From positions 44,392,001 through 44,456,000 of the forward strand of contig OZ024755.1 of the NCBI GenBank assembly GCA_964016885.1: a stretch of 64,000 bases of DNA. The letters run 5' to 3'. The position numbers and the translations under genes are program-made. This stretch comes from Eledone cirrhosa (lineage: Eukaryota). Within the stretch, counting starts at the first letter, position 1, and each line of letters begins with the position of its first letter. Of the stretch, positions 31,401-47,500 are shown one piece after another. The notes beneath the pieces were generated by a model that was not told where the DNA came from, did not search any database, and saw only the letters and a program-made list of their open reading frames with translations.

Positions 31401-34400
31401 AATACCAACATATAATGTGTACCACAGTTGACAGTACCAACGTATACTTTGAACCACTGTTGGCAATACCAACATATACTGTGTACTACAGTTGACAGAA
31501 CCAACATATACAGTGTACCACAGTTGACAGTACCAACATATACTGTGTACCACAGTTGACAGTACCAACATATACTGTGTACCACAGTTGACAGAACCAA
31601 CATGTACCGTGAACCACAGTTGACAGTACCAACGTATACTGTGTACCACAGTTGAGAGTACCAAAGTATAGTGTGTACCACAGTTGACAGTACCAACATA
31701 TACTGTGTACCACAGTTGACAGTACCAACATATACTGTGTACCACAGTTCACAGTACCAACGTATACTGTGTACCACATTTGACAGTACCAACATATACT
31801 ATGTACCACAGTTGACAGTACCAACATATACTGTGTACCACTTTTGACAGTACCAACATATACCGTGTATCACATTTGACAGTACCAACATATACTGTGT
31901 ACCACTGTTGACAGTACCAACATATACTGTGTACCACAGTTGACAGTACCAACATGTACCGTGTACCACAGTTGACAGTACCAACGTATACTGTGTACCA
32001 CAGTTGACAATACCAACATATACTGTGTACCACAGTTGACAGTACCAACATATACTGTGTACCACAGTTGAAAGTACCAACGTATAATGTGTACCACAGT
32101 TGACAACACCAACATATACTGTGTACCACAGTTGACAGTACCAACATATACTGTATACCACAGTTGACAGTACCAACATATACTGTGTACCACAGTTGAC
32201 AGTACCAACATATACTGTGTACCACAGTTGACAGTACCAACATATACTGTATACCACAGTTGACAGTACCAACATATACTGTGTACCACTGTTGACAGTA
32301 CCAACATATACAGTGTACCACAGTTGACATTACCAACATATACTGTGTACCACAGCTGACACTACCAACATATACTTGTACCTCAGTTGACAATACTACC
32401 ATATATTGTGTACCACCGTTGACAATACCAACGTATACTGTGTACCACAGTTGACAGTACCAACGTATACTGTGCACCACAGTTGACAGTACCAACATAT
32501 ACTGTGTACCACATTTGACAATACCAACATATACTGTGTACCACAGTTGACAATACCAACACATATAGTGTACCACAGTTGACAATACCAACACATATAG
32601 TGTACCACAGTTGACAGTACCAACGTATACTGTGTACCACAGTTGCCAATGCCAACATATACTGAGTACCACAGTTGAGAGTACCAACATGTACCGTGTA
32701 CCACAGTTGACAGTACCAACGTATACTGTGCACCACAGTTGACAGTACCAACGTATACTGTTTACCACAGTTGACAATACCAACATATACTGTGTACCAG
32801 AGTTGACAGTACCACATATACTGTGTACCACAGTTGACAGTTCCAACATATATGGTGTACCACTGTTGATACTACCGACATATACTGTGTAGCACAGTTG
32901 ACAGTACTAACATATACTGTGTACCACAGTTGAGAGTACCACCATATACTGGGTACCACTGTTGACAGTACCAACATATACTGTGTACCACAGTTGACAG
33001 TACCAACATATACTGTGTACCATAGTTGACAGTACCAACATATCCTGTGTACCTCAGTTGTCAGTATCAACATATACTGTATACCACAGTTGACAGTACC
33101 AACATATACTGTGTACCACTGTTGACAGTACCAACATATACCGTGTACCACAGTTGACAGTACCAACATATACTGTGTACCACAGCTGACACTACCAACA
33201 TATACTTGTACCTCACTTGACAGTACTACCATATATTGTGTACCACCGTTGACAATACCAACGTATACTGTGTACCACAGTTGACAGTACCAACGTATAC
33301 TGTGTACCACAGTTGCCAATGCCAACATATACTGTGTACCACAGTTGAGAGTACCAACATGTACCGTGTACCACAGTTGAAACTACCAACGTATACTGTG
33401 TACCACAGTTGACAATACCAACATATACTGTGTACCACAGTTGACAGTACCAACATATACTGTGTACCACAGTTGAAAGTACCAACGTATACTGTGTACC
33501 ACAGTTGACAACACCAACATATACTGTGTACCACATTTGACAGTACCAACATATACTGTATACCACAGTTGACAGTACCAACATATACTGTGTACCACAG
33601 TTGACAGTACCGACATATACTGTGTACCACAGTTGACAGTACCAACATATACTGTATACCACAGTTGACAGTACCAACATATACTGTGTACCACTGTTGA
33701 CAGTACCAACATATACCGTGTACCACAGTTGACAGTACCAACATATACTGTGTACCACAGCTGACACTACCAACATATACTTGTACCTCAGTTGACAGTA
33801 CTACCATATATTGTGTACCACCGTTGACAATACCAACGTATACCGTGTACCACAGTTGACAGTACCAACGTATACTGTGCACCACAGTTTACAGTACCAA
33901 AATATACTGTGTACCACAGTTGACAATACCAACATATACTGTGTACCACAGTTGACATTACCAACACATATAGTGTACCACAGTTGACAGTACCAACGTA
34001 TACTGTGTACCACAGTTGCCAATGCCAACATATACTGTGTACCACAGTTGAGAGTACCAACATATACTGTGTACCACAGTTGACAGTACCAACATATACA
34101 GTGTACAACAGTTGACAGTACCAACATATACTGTGTACCACAGTTGACAGTACCAATGTATACTGTGTACCACAGTTGACAGTACCAACATATACTGTGT
34201 ACCATGGTTGACATTACCAACGTATATTGTGTTCCACAGTTGACAGTACCAACATGTACTGTGTACCACAGTTGACAGTACCAACGTATACTGTGTACCA
34301 CAGTTGACAGTACCAACGTATACTGTGTACCACAGTTGACAGTACCAACATATAACGTGTACCACAGTTGGCAGTACCATCATATACTGTGTACCACAGT

Positions 34401-35370
34401 TGACAGTACCAACATATATTGTGTACCACAGTTGACAGTACCAACATATACTGTGTACCATAGTTGACATTACCAACGTATATTGTGTACCACAGTTGAC
34501 AATACCAACACATATAGTGTACCACAGTTGACAGTACCAACGTATATTGTGTACCACAGTTGCCAATGCCAACATATACTGTGTACCACCGTTGAGAGTA
34601 CCAACATGTACCGTGTACCACAGTTGACAGTACCAACGTATACTGTGTACCACAGTTGACAATACCAACATATACTGTGTACCACAGTTGACAGTACCAA
34701 CATATACTGTGTACCACAGTTGAAAGTACCAACGTATACTGTGTACCGCAGTTGACAACACCAACATATACTGTGTACCACAGTTGACAGTACCAACATA
34801 TACTGTATACCACAGTTGACAGTACCAACATATACTGTGTACCACAGTTGACAGTACCAACATATACTGTATACCACAGTTGACAGTACCAACATATACT
34901 GTGTACCACTGTTGACAGTACCAACATATACCGTGTACCACAGTTGACAGTACCAACATATACTGTGTACCACAGCTGACACTACCAACATATACTTGTA
35001 CCTCAGTTGACAGTACTACCATATATTGTGTACCACCGTTGACAATACCAACGTATACTGTGTACCACAGTTGACAGTACCAACGTATACTGTGCACCAC
35101 AGTTGACAGTACCAACATATACTGTGTACCACAGTTGACAACACCAACATATACTGTGTACCACAGTTGACAATACCAACACATATAGTGTACCACAGTT
35201 GACAGTACCAACGTATACTGTGTACCACAGTTGCCAATGCCAACATATACTGTGTACCACAGTTGAGAGTACCAACATATACTGTGTACCACAGTTGACA
35301 GTACCAACATATACTGTGTACCACAGTTGACAATACCAACATATACTGTGTACCACAGTTGACAGTACCA
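12550..35370 (+). repeat. ~11.5-kb tandem duplication within the array (copy 1 ~12.55-24.03 kb, copy 2 ~24.03-35.37 kb; base period 11,483 bp = 359 monomers)
   Basis: ORF offsets of 11,483 (12719/24202, 16328/27811, 17935/29418, 19217/30700, 21730/33213). 359x32-5=11,483 equals the net of the indels counted. The offset changes only by multiples of 32 (11,515; 11,355; 11,323). Confidence 0.88.
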
Positions 35371-37479
35371 ACATATACTGTGTACCCTAGTTGACATTAC
35401 CAACGTATATTGTGTACCACAGTTGACAGTACCAACATGTACTGTGTACCACAGTTGACAGTACCAACGTATACTGTGTACCACAGTTGACAGTACCAAC
35501 GTATACTGTGTACCACAGTTGACAGTACCAACATATAACGTGTACCACAGTTGGCAGTACCATCATATACTGTGTACCACAGTTGACAGTACCAACATAT
35601 ATTGTGTACCACAGTTGACAGTACCAACATATACTGTGTACCATAGTTGACATTACCAACGTATATTGTGTACCACAGTTGACAGTACCAACATACACCG
35701 TGTACAACAGTTGCAGGACCAACATATACTGTGTACCACAGTTGCGAGTACCAACATAAACTGTGTACCACAGTTGACAGTACCAACATATACTGTGTAC
35801 CACAGTCGACAGTACCAACATATACTGTATACCACAGTTGACAGTACCAACATATACTGTGTACCACAGTTGACAGTACCAACATATACTGTGTACCACA
35901 GTTGACAGTACCAACATATACTGTGTACCACAGTTGACAGTACTAACATATACTGTGTACTACAGTTGACAGTACCAACATATACTGTGTACCACAGTTG
36001 ACAGTACCAACATGTACTGTGTACCACAGTTGACAGTACCAACATATACTGTGTACCACAGTTGGCAGTACCAACATATACAGTGTACCACAGTTGACAG
36101 TACCAACATATACTGTGTACCACATTTGACAGTACCAACATATACTGTGTACCACAGTTGACAGTACCAACATGTACCGTGAACCACATTTGACAGTACC
36201 AACATATACTGTGTACCACAGTTGAGAGTACCAACGTATAGTGTGTACCACAGTTGACAGTACCATCATATACTGTGTACCACAGTTGACAGTACCAACA
36301 TATATTGTGTACCACAGTTGACAGTACCAACATATACTGTGTACCATAGTTGACATTACCAACGTATATTGTGTACCACAGTTGACAATACCAACACATA
36401 TAGTGTACCACAGTTGACAGTACCAACGTATATTGTGTACCACAGTTGCCAATGCCAACATATACTGTGTACCACAGTTGAGAGTACCAACATGTACCGT
36501 GTACCACAGTTGACAGTACCAACGTATACTGTGTACCACAGTTGACAATACCAACATATACTGTGTACCACAGTTGACAGTACCAACATATACTGTGTAC
36601 CACAGTTGAAAGTACCAACGTATACTGTGTACCACAGTTGACAACACCAACATATACTGTGTACCACAGTTGACAGTACCAACATATACTGTATACCACA
36701 GTTGACAGTACCAACATATACTGTGTACCACAGTTGACAGTACCAACATATACTTTGTACCACGGTTGACAGTACCAACGTATACTGTGTACCACTGTTG
36801 ACAATATCAACATATACTGTGTACCACAGTTGACAGTACCAACATGTACCGTGAACCACAGTAGACAGTACCAACATATACTGTGTACCACTGTTGACAG
36901 TACCAACATATACCGTGTAACACAGTTGACAGTACCAACATATACTGTGTACCACTGTTGACAGTACCAACATATACCGTGTACCACAGTTCACAGTACC
37001 AACGTATACTGTTTATGTTACCACAGTTGACAGTACCAACATATACTGTGTACCACAGTTGAGACTACCAACATATACTGGGTACGACTGTTGACAGTAA
37101 CAACATATACTATGTACCACAGTTGACAGTACTAACATATACTGTGTACCACAGTTGACAGTACCAACGTATACTGTGTACCACAGTTGACAGTACCAAC
37201 GTATACTGGGTACCACATTTGAGACTACCAACATATACTGTATACCACAGTTGACAGTACCAACGTATACTGTGTACCACAGTTGACGATACCAACATAT
37301 ACTGTGTACCACAGTTGACAGTACCAACATATACTGTATACCACAGTTGACAATACCAACATATACTTTGTACCACGGTTGACAGTACCAACGTATACTG
37401 TGTACCACTGTTGACAATATCAACATATACTGTGTACCACAGTTGACAGTACCAACATATACTGTGTACCACAGTTGAC

Positions 37480-40400
37480 AGTACCAACATATACTGTGTA
37501 CCATAGTTGACAGTACCAACGTATATTGTGTACCACAGTTGAGAGTACCAACATACACCGTGTACGACAGTTGACAGTAAAAACATATACTGTGTACCAC
37601 AGTTGAGAGTACCAACAAACTGTGTACCACAGTTGACAGTACCAACATATACTGTGTACCACAGTTGACAGTACCAACATATACTGTGTACCACAGTTGA
37701 CAGTACCAACATATACTGTATACCACAGTTGACAGTACCAACATATACTGTGTACCACAGTTGACAGTACCAACATATACTGTGTACCACAGTTGACAGT
37801 ACCAACATATACTGTGTACCACAGTTGACAGTACTAACATATACTGTGTACTACAGTTGACAGTACCAACATATATTGTGTACCACAGTTGACATTACCA
37901 ACATATACTGTGTACCACAGTTGGTAGTACCAACATATAATGTGTACCTCAGTTGACAGTACCAACATATACTGTGTACCACAGTTGAAATTACCAACGT
38001 ATACTGTGTACCACAGTTGACAGTACCAACGTATACTATGTACCACAGTTGACAGTACCAATATATACTGTGTAATACAGTTGACAATACCAACATATAA
38101 TGTGTACCACAGTTGACAGTACCAACGTATACTTTGAACCACTGTTGGCAATACCAACATATACTGTGTACTACAGTTGACAGAACCAACATATACAGTG
38201 TACCACAGTTGACAGTACCAACATATACTGTGTACCACAGTTGACAGTACCAACATATACTGTGTACCACAGTTGACAGAACCAACATGTACCGTGAACC
38301 ACAGTTGACAGTACCAACGTATACTGTGTACCACAGTTGAGAGTACCAAAGTATAGTGTGTACCACAGTTGACAGTACCAACATATACTGTGTACCACAG
38401 TTGACAGTACCAACATATACTGTGTACCACAGTTCACAGTACCAACGTATACTGTGTACCACATTTGACAGTACCAACATATACTGTGTACCACAGTTGA
38501 CAGTACCAACATATACTGTGTACCACTTTTGACAGTACCAACATATACCGTGTATCACATTTGACAGTACCAACATATACTGTGTACCACTGTTGACAGT
38601 ACCAACATATACTGTGTACCACAGTTGACAGTACCAACATGTACCGTGTACCACAGTTGACAGTACCAACGTATACTGTGTACCACAGTTGACAATACCA
38701 ACATATACTGTGTACCACAGTTGACAGTACCAACATATACTGTGTACCACAGTTGAAAGTACCAACGTATAATGTGTACCACAGTTGACAACACCAACAT
38801 ATACTGTGTACCACAGTTGACAGTACCAACATATACTGTATACCACAGTTGAAAGTACCAACATATACTGTGTACCACAGTTGACAGTACCAACATATAC
38901 TGTGTACCACAGTTGACAGTACCAACATATACTGTATACCACAGTTGACAGTACCAACATATACTGTGTACCACTGTTGACAGTACCAACATATACAGTG
39001 TACCACAGTTGACATTACCAACATATACTGTGTACCACAGCTGACACTACCAAGATATACTTGTACCTCAGTTGACAATACTACCATATATTGTGTACCA
39101 CCGTTGACAATACCAACGTATACTGTGTACCACAGTTGACAGTACCAACGTATACTGTGCACCACAGTTGACAGTACCAACATATACTGTGTACCACAGT
39201 TGACAATACCAACATATACTGTGTACCACAGTTGACAATACCAACACATATAGTGTACCACAGTTGACAATACCAACACATATAGTGTACCACAGTTGAC
39301 AGTACCAACGTATACTGTGTACCACAGTTGCCAATGCCAACATATACAGAGTACCACAGTTGAGAGTACCAACATGTACCGTGTACCACAGTTGACAGTA
39401 CCAACGTATACTGTGTACCACAGTTGACAGTACCAACGTATACTGTTTACCACAGTTGACAATACCAACATATACTGTGTACCAGAGTTGACAGTACCAC
39501 ATATACTGTGTACCACAGTTGACAGTTCCAACATATATGGTGTACCACTGTTGATACTACCGACATATACTGTGTAGCACAGTTGACAGTACTAACATAT
39601 ACTGTGTTCCACAGTTGAGAGTACCACCATATACTGGGTACCACTGTTGACAGTACCAACATATACTGTGTACCACAGTTGACAGTACCAACATATACTG
39701 TGTACCATAGTTGACAGTACCAACATATCCTGTGTACCTCAGTTGTCAGTACCAACATATACTGTATACCACAGTTGACAGTACCAACATATACAGTGTA
39801 CCACTGTTGACAGTACCAACATATACCGTGTACCACAGTTGACAGTACCAACATATACTGTGTACCACAGCTGACACTACCAACATATACTTGTACCTCA
39901 ATTGACAGTACTACCATATATTGTGTACCACCGTTGACAATACCAACGTATACTGTGTACCACAGTTGACAGTACCAACGTATACTGTGCACCACAGTTG
40001 ACAGTACCAACATATAATGTGTACCACAGTTGACAATACCAACATATACTGTGTACCACAGTTGACAATATCAACACATATAGTGTACCACAGTTGACAG
40101 TACCAACGTATACTGTGTACCACAGTTGCCAATGCCAACATATACTGTGTACCACAGTTGAGAGTACCAACATGTACCGTGTACCACAGTTGACACTACC
40201 AACGTATACTGTGTACCACAGTTGACAATACCAACATATACTGTGTACCACAGTTGACAGTACCAACATATACTGTGTACCACAGTTGAAGGTACCAACG
40301 TATACTGTGTACCACAGTTGACAACACCAACATATACTGTGTACCACAGTTGACAGTACCAACATATACTGTATACCACAGTTGACAGTACCAACATATA

Positions 40401-41070
40401 CTGTGTACCAAAGTTGACAGTACCGACATATACTGTGTACCACAGTTGACAGTACCAACATATACTGTATACCACAGTTGACAGTACCAACATATACTGT
40501 GTACCACTGTTGACAGTACCAACATATACCGTGTACCACAGTTGACAGTACCAACATATACTGTGTACCACAGCTGACACTACCAACATATACATGTACC
40601 TCAGTTGACAGTACTACCATATATTGTGTACCACCGTTGACAATACCAACGTATACTGTGTACCACAGTTGACAGTACCAACGTATACTGTGCACCACAG
40701 TTTACAGAACCAAAATATACTGTGTACCACAGTTGACAATACCAACATATACTGTGTACCACAGTTGACAATACCAACACATATAGTGTACCACAGTTGA
40801 CAGTACCAACGTATACTGTGTACCACAGTTGCCAATGCCAACATATACTGTGTACCACAGTTGAGAGTACCAACATATACTGTGTACCACAGTTGACAGT
40901 ACCAACATATACAGTGTACTACAGTTGACAGTACCAACATATACTGTGTACCACAGTTGACAGTACCAATGTATACTGTGTACCACAGTTGACAGTACCA
41001 ACATATACTGTGTACCACAGTTGACAGTACCAACATATACTGTGTACCATGGTTGACATTACCAACGTAT
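37480..41070 (+). repeat. Third copy of the ~19.35-22.9 kb block (offset 18,168 bp)
   Basis: ORF offsets 19666/37834, 20266/38434, 21730/39898 and 22433/40601 are all 18,168. Rare variants are shared: CAACAAACTG (19447/30930/37615) and GTACCACATATAC (21326/32809/39494). Confidence 0.82.
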
Positions 41071-41524
41071 ATTGTGTACCACAGTTGACAATACCAACAC
41101 ATATAGTGTACCACAGTTGACAGTACCAACGTATATTGTGTACCACAGTTGCCAATGCCAACATATACTGTGTAACACAGTTGAGAGTACCAACATGTAC
41201 CGTGTACCACAGTTGACAGTACCAACGTATACTGTGTACCACAGTTGACAATACCAACATATACTGTGTACCACAGTTGACAGTACCAACATATACTGTG
41301 TACCACAGTTGAAAGTACCAACGTATACTGTGTACCACAGTTGACAACACCAACATATACTGTGTACCACAGTTGACAGTACCAACATATACTGTATACC
41401 ACAGTTGACAGTACCAACATATACTGTGTACCACAGTTGACAGTACCAACATATACTGTATACCACAGTTGACAGTACCAACATATACTGTGTACCACTG
41501 TTGACAGTACCAACATATACCGTG

Positions 41525-44500
41525 TACCACAGTTGACAGTACCAACATATACTGTGTACCACAGCTGACACTACCAACATATACTTGTACCTCAGTTGAC
41601 AGTACTACCATATATTGTGTACCACCGTTGACAATACCAACGTATACTGTGTACCACAGTTGACAGTACCAACGTATACTGTGCACCACAGTTGACAGTA
41701 CCAACATATACTGTGTACCACAGTTGACAATACCAACATATACTGTGTACCACAGTTGACAATACCAACACATATAGTGTACCACAGTTGACAGTACCAA
41801 CGTATACTGTGTACCACAGTTGCCAATGCCAACATATACTGTGTACCACAGTTGAGAGTACCAACATATACTGTGTACCACATTTGACAGTACCAACATA
41901 TACTGTGTACCACAGTTGACAATACCAACATATACTGTGTACCACAGTTGACAGTACCAACATATACTGTGTACCCTAGTTGACATTACCAACGTATATT
42001 GTGTACCACAGTTGACAGTACCAACATGTACTGTGTACCACAGTTGACAGTACCAACGTATACTGTGTACCACAGTTGACAGTACCAACGTATACTGTGT
42101 ACCACAGTTGACAGTACCAACATATAACGTGTACCACAGTTGGCAGTACCATCATATACTGTGTACCACAGTTGACAGTACCAACATATATTGTGTACCA
42201 CAGTTGACAGTACCAACATATACTGTGTACCATAGTTGACATTACCAACGTATATTGTGTACCACAGTTGACAGTACCAACATACACCGTGTACAACAGT
42301 TGCAGGACCAACATATACTGTGTACCACAGTTGCGAGTACCAACATAAACTGTGTACCACAGTTGACAGTACCAGCATATACTGTGTACCACAGTTGACA
42401 GTACCAACATATACTGTATACCACAGTTGACAGTACCAACATATACTGTGTACCACAGTTGACAGTACCAACATATACTGTGTACCACAGTTGACAGTAC
42501 CAACATATACTGTGTACCACAGTTGACAGTACTAACATATACTGTGTACTACAGTTGACAGTACCAACATATACTGTGTACCACAGTTGACAGTACCAAC
42601 ATGTACTGTGTACCACAGTTGACAGTACCAACATATACTGTGTACCACAGTTGGCAGTACCAACATATACAGTGTACCACAGTTGAGAGTACCAACATAT
42701 ACTGTGTACCACATTTGACAGTACCAACATATACTGTGTACCACAGTTGACAGTACCAACATGTACCGTGAACCACATTTGACAGTACCAACATATACTG
42801 TGTACCACAGTTGAGAGTACCAACGTATAGTATGTACCACAGTTGACAGTACCATCATATACTGTGTACCACAGTTGACAGTACCAACATATATTGTGTA
42901 CCACAGTTGACAGTACCAACATATACTGTGTACCATAGTTGACATTACCAACGTATATTGTGTACCACAGTTGACAATACCAACACATATAGTGTACCAC
43001 AGTTGACAGTACCAACGTATATTGTGTACCACAGTTGCCAATGCCAACATATACTGTGTACCACAGTTGAGAGTACCAACATGTACCGTGTACCACAGTT
43101 GACAGTACCAACGTATACTGTGTACCACAGTTGACAATACCAACATATACTGTGTACCACAGTTGACAGTACCAACATATACTGTGTACCACAGTTGAAA
43201 GTACCAACGTATACTGTGTACCACAGTTGACAACACCAACATATACTGTGTACCACAGTTGACAGTACCAACATATACTGTATACCACAGTTGACAGTAC
43301 CAACATATACTGTGTACCACAGTTGACAGTACCAACATATACTGTATACCACAGTTGACAGTACCAACATATACTGTGTACCACTGTTGACAGTACCAAC
43401 ATATACCGTGTACCACAGTTGACAGTACCAACATATACTGTGTACCACAGCTGACAGTACCAACGTATACTGTGCACCACAGTTGACAGTACCAACATAT
43501 ACTGTGTACCACAGTTGACAATACCAACATATACTGTGTACCACAGTTGACAATACCAACACATATAGTGTACCACAGTTGACAGTACCAACGTATACTG
43601 TGTACCACAGTTGCGAATGCCAACATATACTGTGTACCACAGTTGAGAGTACAAACATGTACCGTGTACCACAGTTGACACTACCAACGTATACTGTGTA
43701 CCACAGTTGCCAATGCCAACATATACTGTGTACCACAGTTGAGAATACCAACATATACTGTGTACCACAGTTGACAGTACCAACATATACTGTGTATCAC
43801 AGTTGACAATACCAACATATACTGTGTACCACAGTTGACAGTACCAACATATACTGTGTACCCTAGTTGACATTACCAACGTATATTGTGTACCACAGTT
43901 GACAGTACCAACATGTACTGTGTACCACAGTTGACAGTACCAACGTATACTGTGTACCACAGTTGACAGTACCAACGTATACTGTGTACCACAGTTGACA
44001 GTACCAACATATAACGTGTACCACAGTTGGCAGTACCATCATATACTGTGTACCACAGTTGACAGTACCAACATATATTGTGTACCACAGTTGACAGTAC
44101 CAACATATACTGTGTACCATAGTTGACATTACCAACGTATATTGTGTACCACAGTTGACAGTACCAACATACACCGTGTACAACAGTTGCAGGACCAACA
44201 TATACTGCGTACCACAGTTGCGAGTACCAACATAAACTGTGTACCACAGTTGACAGTACCAACATATACTGTGTACCACAGTTGACAGTACCAACATATA
44301 CTGTATACCACAGTTGACAGTACCAACATATACTGTGTACCACAGTTGACAGTACCAACATATACTGTGTACCACAGTTGACAGTACCAACATATACTGT
44401 GTACCACAGTTGACAGTACTAACATATACTGTGTACTACAGTTGACAGTACCAACATATACTGTGTACCACAGCTGACACTACCAACATATACTTGTACC

Positions 44501-47500
44501 TCAGTTGACAGTACTACCATATATTGTGTACCACCGTTGACAATACCAACGTATACTGTGTACCACAGTTGACAGTACCAACGTATACTGTGCACCACAG
44601 TTTACAGTACCAAAATATACTGTGTACCACAGTTGACAATACCAACATATACTGTGTACCACAGTTGACAATACCAACACATATAGTGTACCACAGTTGA
44701 CAGTACCAACGTATACTGTGTACCACAGTTGCCAATGCCAACATATACTGTGTACCACAGTTGAGAGTACCAACATATACTGTGTACCACAGTTGACAGT
44801 ACCAACATATACAGTGTACCACAGTTGACAGTACCAACATATACTGTGTACCACAGTTGACAGTACCAATGTATACTGTGTACCACAGTTGACAGTACCA
44901 ACATATACTGTGTACCACAGTTGACAGTACCAACATATACTGTGTACCATGGTTGACATTACCAACTATATTGTGTTCCACAGTTGACAGTACCAACATG
45001 TACTGTGTACCACAGTTGACAGTACCAACGTATACTGTGTACCACAGTTGACAGTACCAACGTATACTGTGTACCACAGTTGACAGTACCAACATATAAC
45101 GTGTACCACAGTTGGCAGTACCATCATATACTGTGTACCACAGTTGACAGTACCAACATATATTGTGTACCACAGTTGACAGTACCAACATATACTGTGT
45201 ACCATAGTTGACATTACCAACGTATATTGTGTACCACAGTTGACAATACCAACACATATAGTGTACCACAGTTGACAGTACCAACGTATATTGTGTACCA
45301 CAGTTGCCAATGCCAACATATACTGTGTACCACAGTTGAGAGTACCAACATGTACCGTGTACCACAGTTGACAGTACCAACGTATACTGTGTACCACAGT
45401 TGACAATACCAACATATACTGTGTACCACAGTTGACAGTACCAACATATACTGTGTACCACAGTTGAAAGTACCAACGTATACTGTGTACCACAGTTGAC
45501 AACACCAACATATACTGTGTACCACAGTTGACAGTACCAACATATACTGTATACCACAGTTGACAGTACCAACATATACTGTGTACCACAGTTGACAGTA
45601 CCAACATATACTGTATACCACAGTTGACAGTACCAACATATACTGTGTACCACTGTTGACAGTACCAACATATACCGTGTACCACAGTTGACAGTACCAA
45701 CATATACTGTGTACCACAGCTGACACTACCAACATATACTTGTACCTCAGTTGACAGTACTACCATATATTGTGTACCACCGTTGACAATACCAACGTAT
45801 ACTGTGTACCACAGTTGACAGTACCAACGTATACGGTGCACCACAGTTGACAGTATCAACATATACTGTGTACCACAGTTGACAATACCAACATATACTG
45901 TGTACCACAGTCGACAATACCAACACATATAGTGTACCACAGTTGACAGTACCAACGTATACTGTGTACCACAGTTGCCAATGCCAACATATACTGTGTA
46001 CCACAGTTGAGAGTACCAACATATACTGTGTACCACAGTTGACAGTACCAACATATACTGTGTACCACAGTTGACAATACCAACATATACTGTGTACCAC
46101 AGTTGACAGTACCAACATATACTGTGTACCCTAGTTGACATTACCAACGTATATTGTGTACCACAGTTGACAGTACCAACATGTACTGTGTACCACAGTT
46201 GACAGTACCAACGTATACTGTGTACCACAGTTGACAGTACCAACGTATACTGTGTACCACAGTTGACAGTACCAACATATAACGTGTACCACAGTTGGCA
46301 GTACCATCATATACTGTGTACCACAGTTGACAGTACCAACATATATTGTGTACCACAGTTGACAGTACCAACATATACTGTGTACCATAGTTGACATTAC
46401 CAACGTATATTGTGTACCACAGTTGACAGTACCAACATACACCGTGTACAACAGTTGCAGGACCAACATATACTGTGTACCACAGTTGCGAGTACCAACA
46501 TAAACTGTGTACCACAGTTGACAGTACCAACATATACTGTGTACCACAGTTGACAGTACCAACATATACTGTATACCACAGTTGACAGTACCAACATATA
46601 CTGTGTACCACAGTTGACAGTACCAACATATACTGTGTACCACAGTTGACAGTACCAACATATACTGTGTACCACAGTTGACAGTACTAACATATACTGT
46701 GTACTACAGTTGACAGTACCAACATATACTGTGTACCACAGTTGACAGTACCAACATGTACTGTGTACCACAGTTGACAGTACCAACATATACTGTGTAC
46801 CACAGTTGGCAGTACCAACATATACAGTGTACCACAGTTGACAGTACCAACATATACTGTGTACCACATTTGACAGTACCAACATATACTGTGTACCACA
46901 GTTGACAGTACCAACATGTACCGTGAACCACATTTGACAGTACCAACATATACTGTGTACCACAGTTGAGAGTACCAACGTATAGTGTGTACCACAGTTG
47001 ACAGTACCATCATATACTGTGTACCACAGTTGACAGTACCAACATATATTGTGTACCACAGTTGACAGTACCAACATATACTGTGTACCATAGTTGACAT
47101 TACCAACGTATATTTTGTACCACAGTTGACAATACCAACACATATAGTGTACCACAGTTGACAGTACCAACGTATATTGTGTACCACAGTTGCCAATGCC
47201 AACATATACTGTGTACCACAGTTGAGAGTACCAACATGTACCGTGTACCACAGTTGACAGTACCAACGTATACTGTGTACCACAGTTGACAATACCAACA
47301 TATACTGTGTACCACAGTTGACAGTACCAACATATACTGTGTACCACAGTTGAAAGTACCAACGTATACTGTGTACCACAGTTGACAACACCAACATATA
47401 CTGTGTACCACAGTTGACAGTACCAACATATACTGTATACCACAGTTGACAGTACCAACATATACTGTGTACCACAGTTGACAGTACCAACATATACTGT

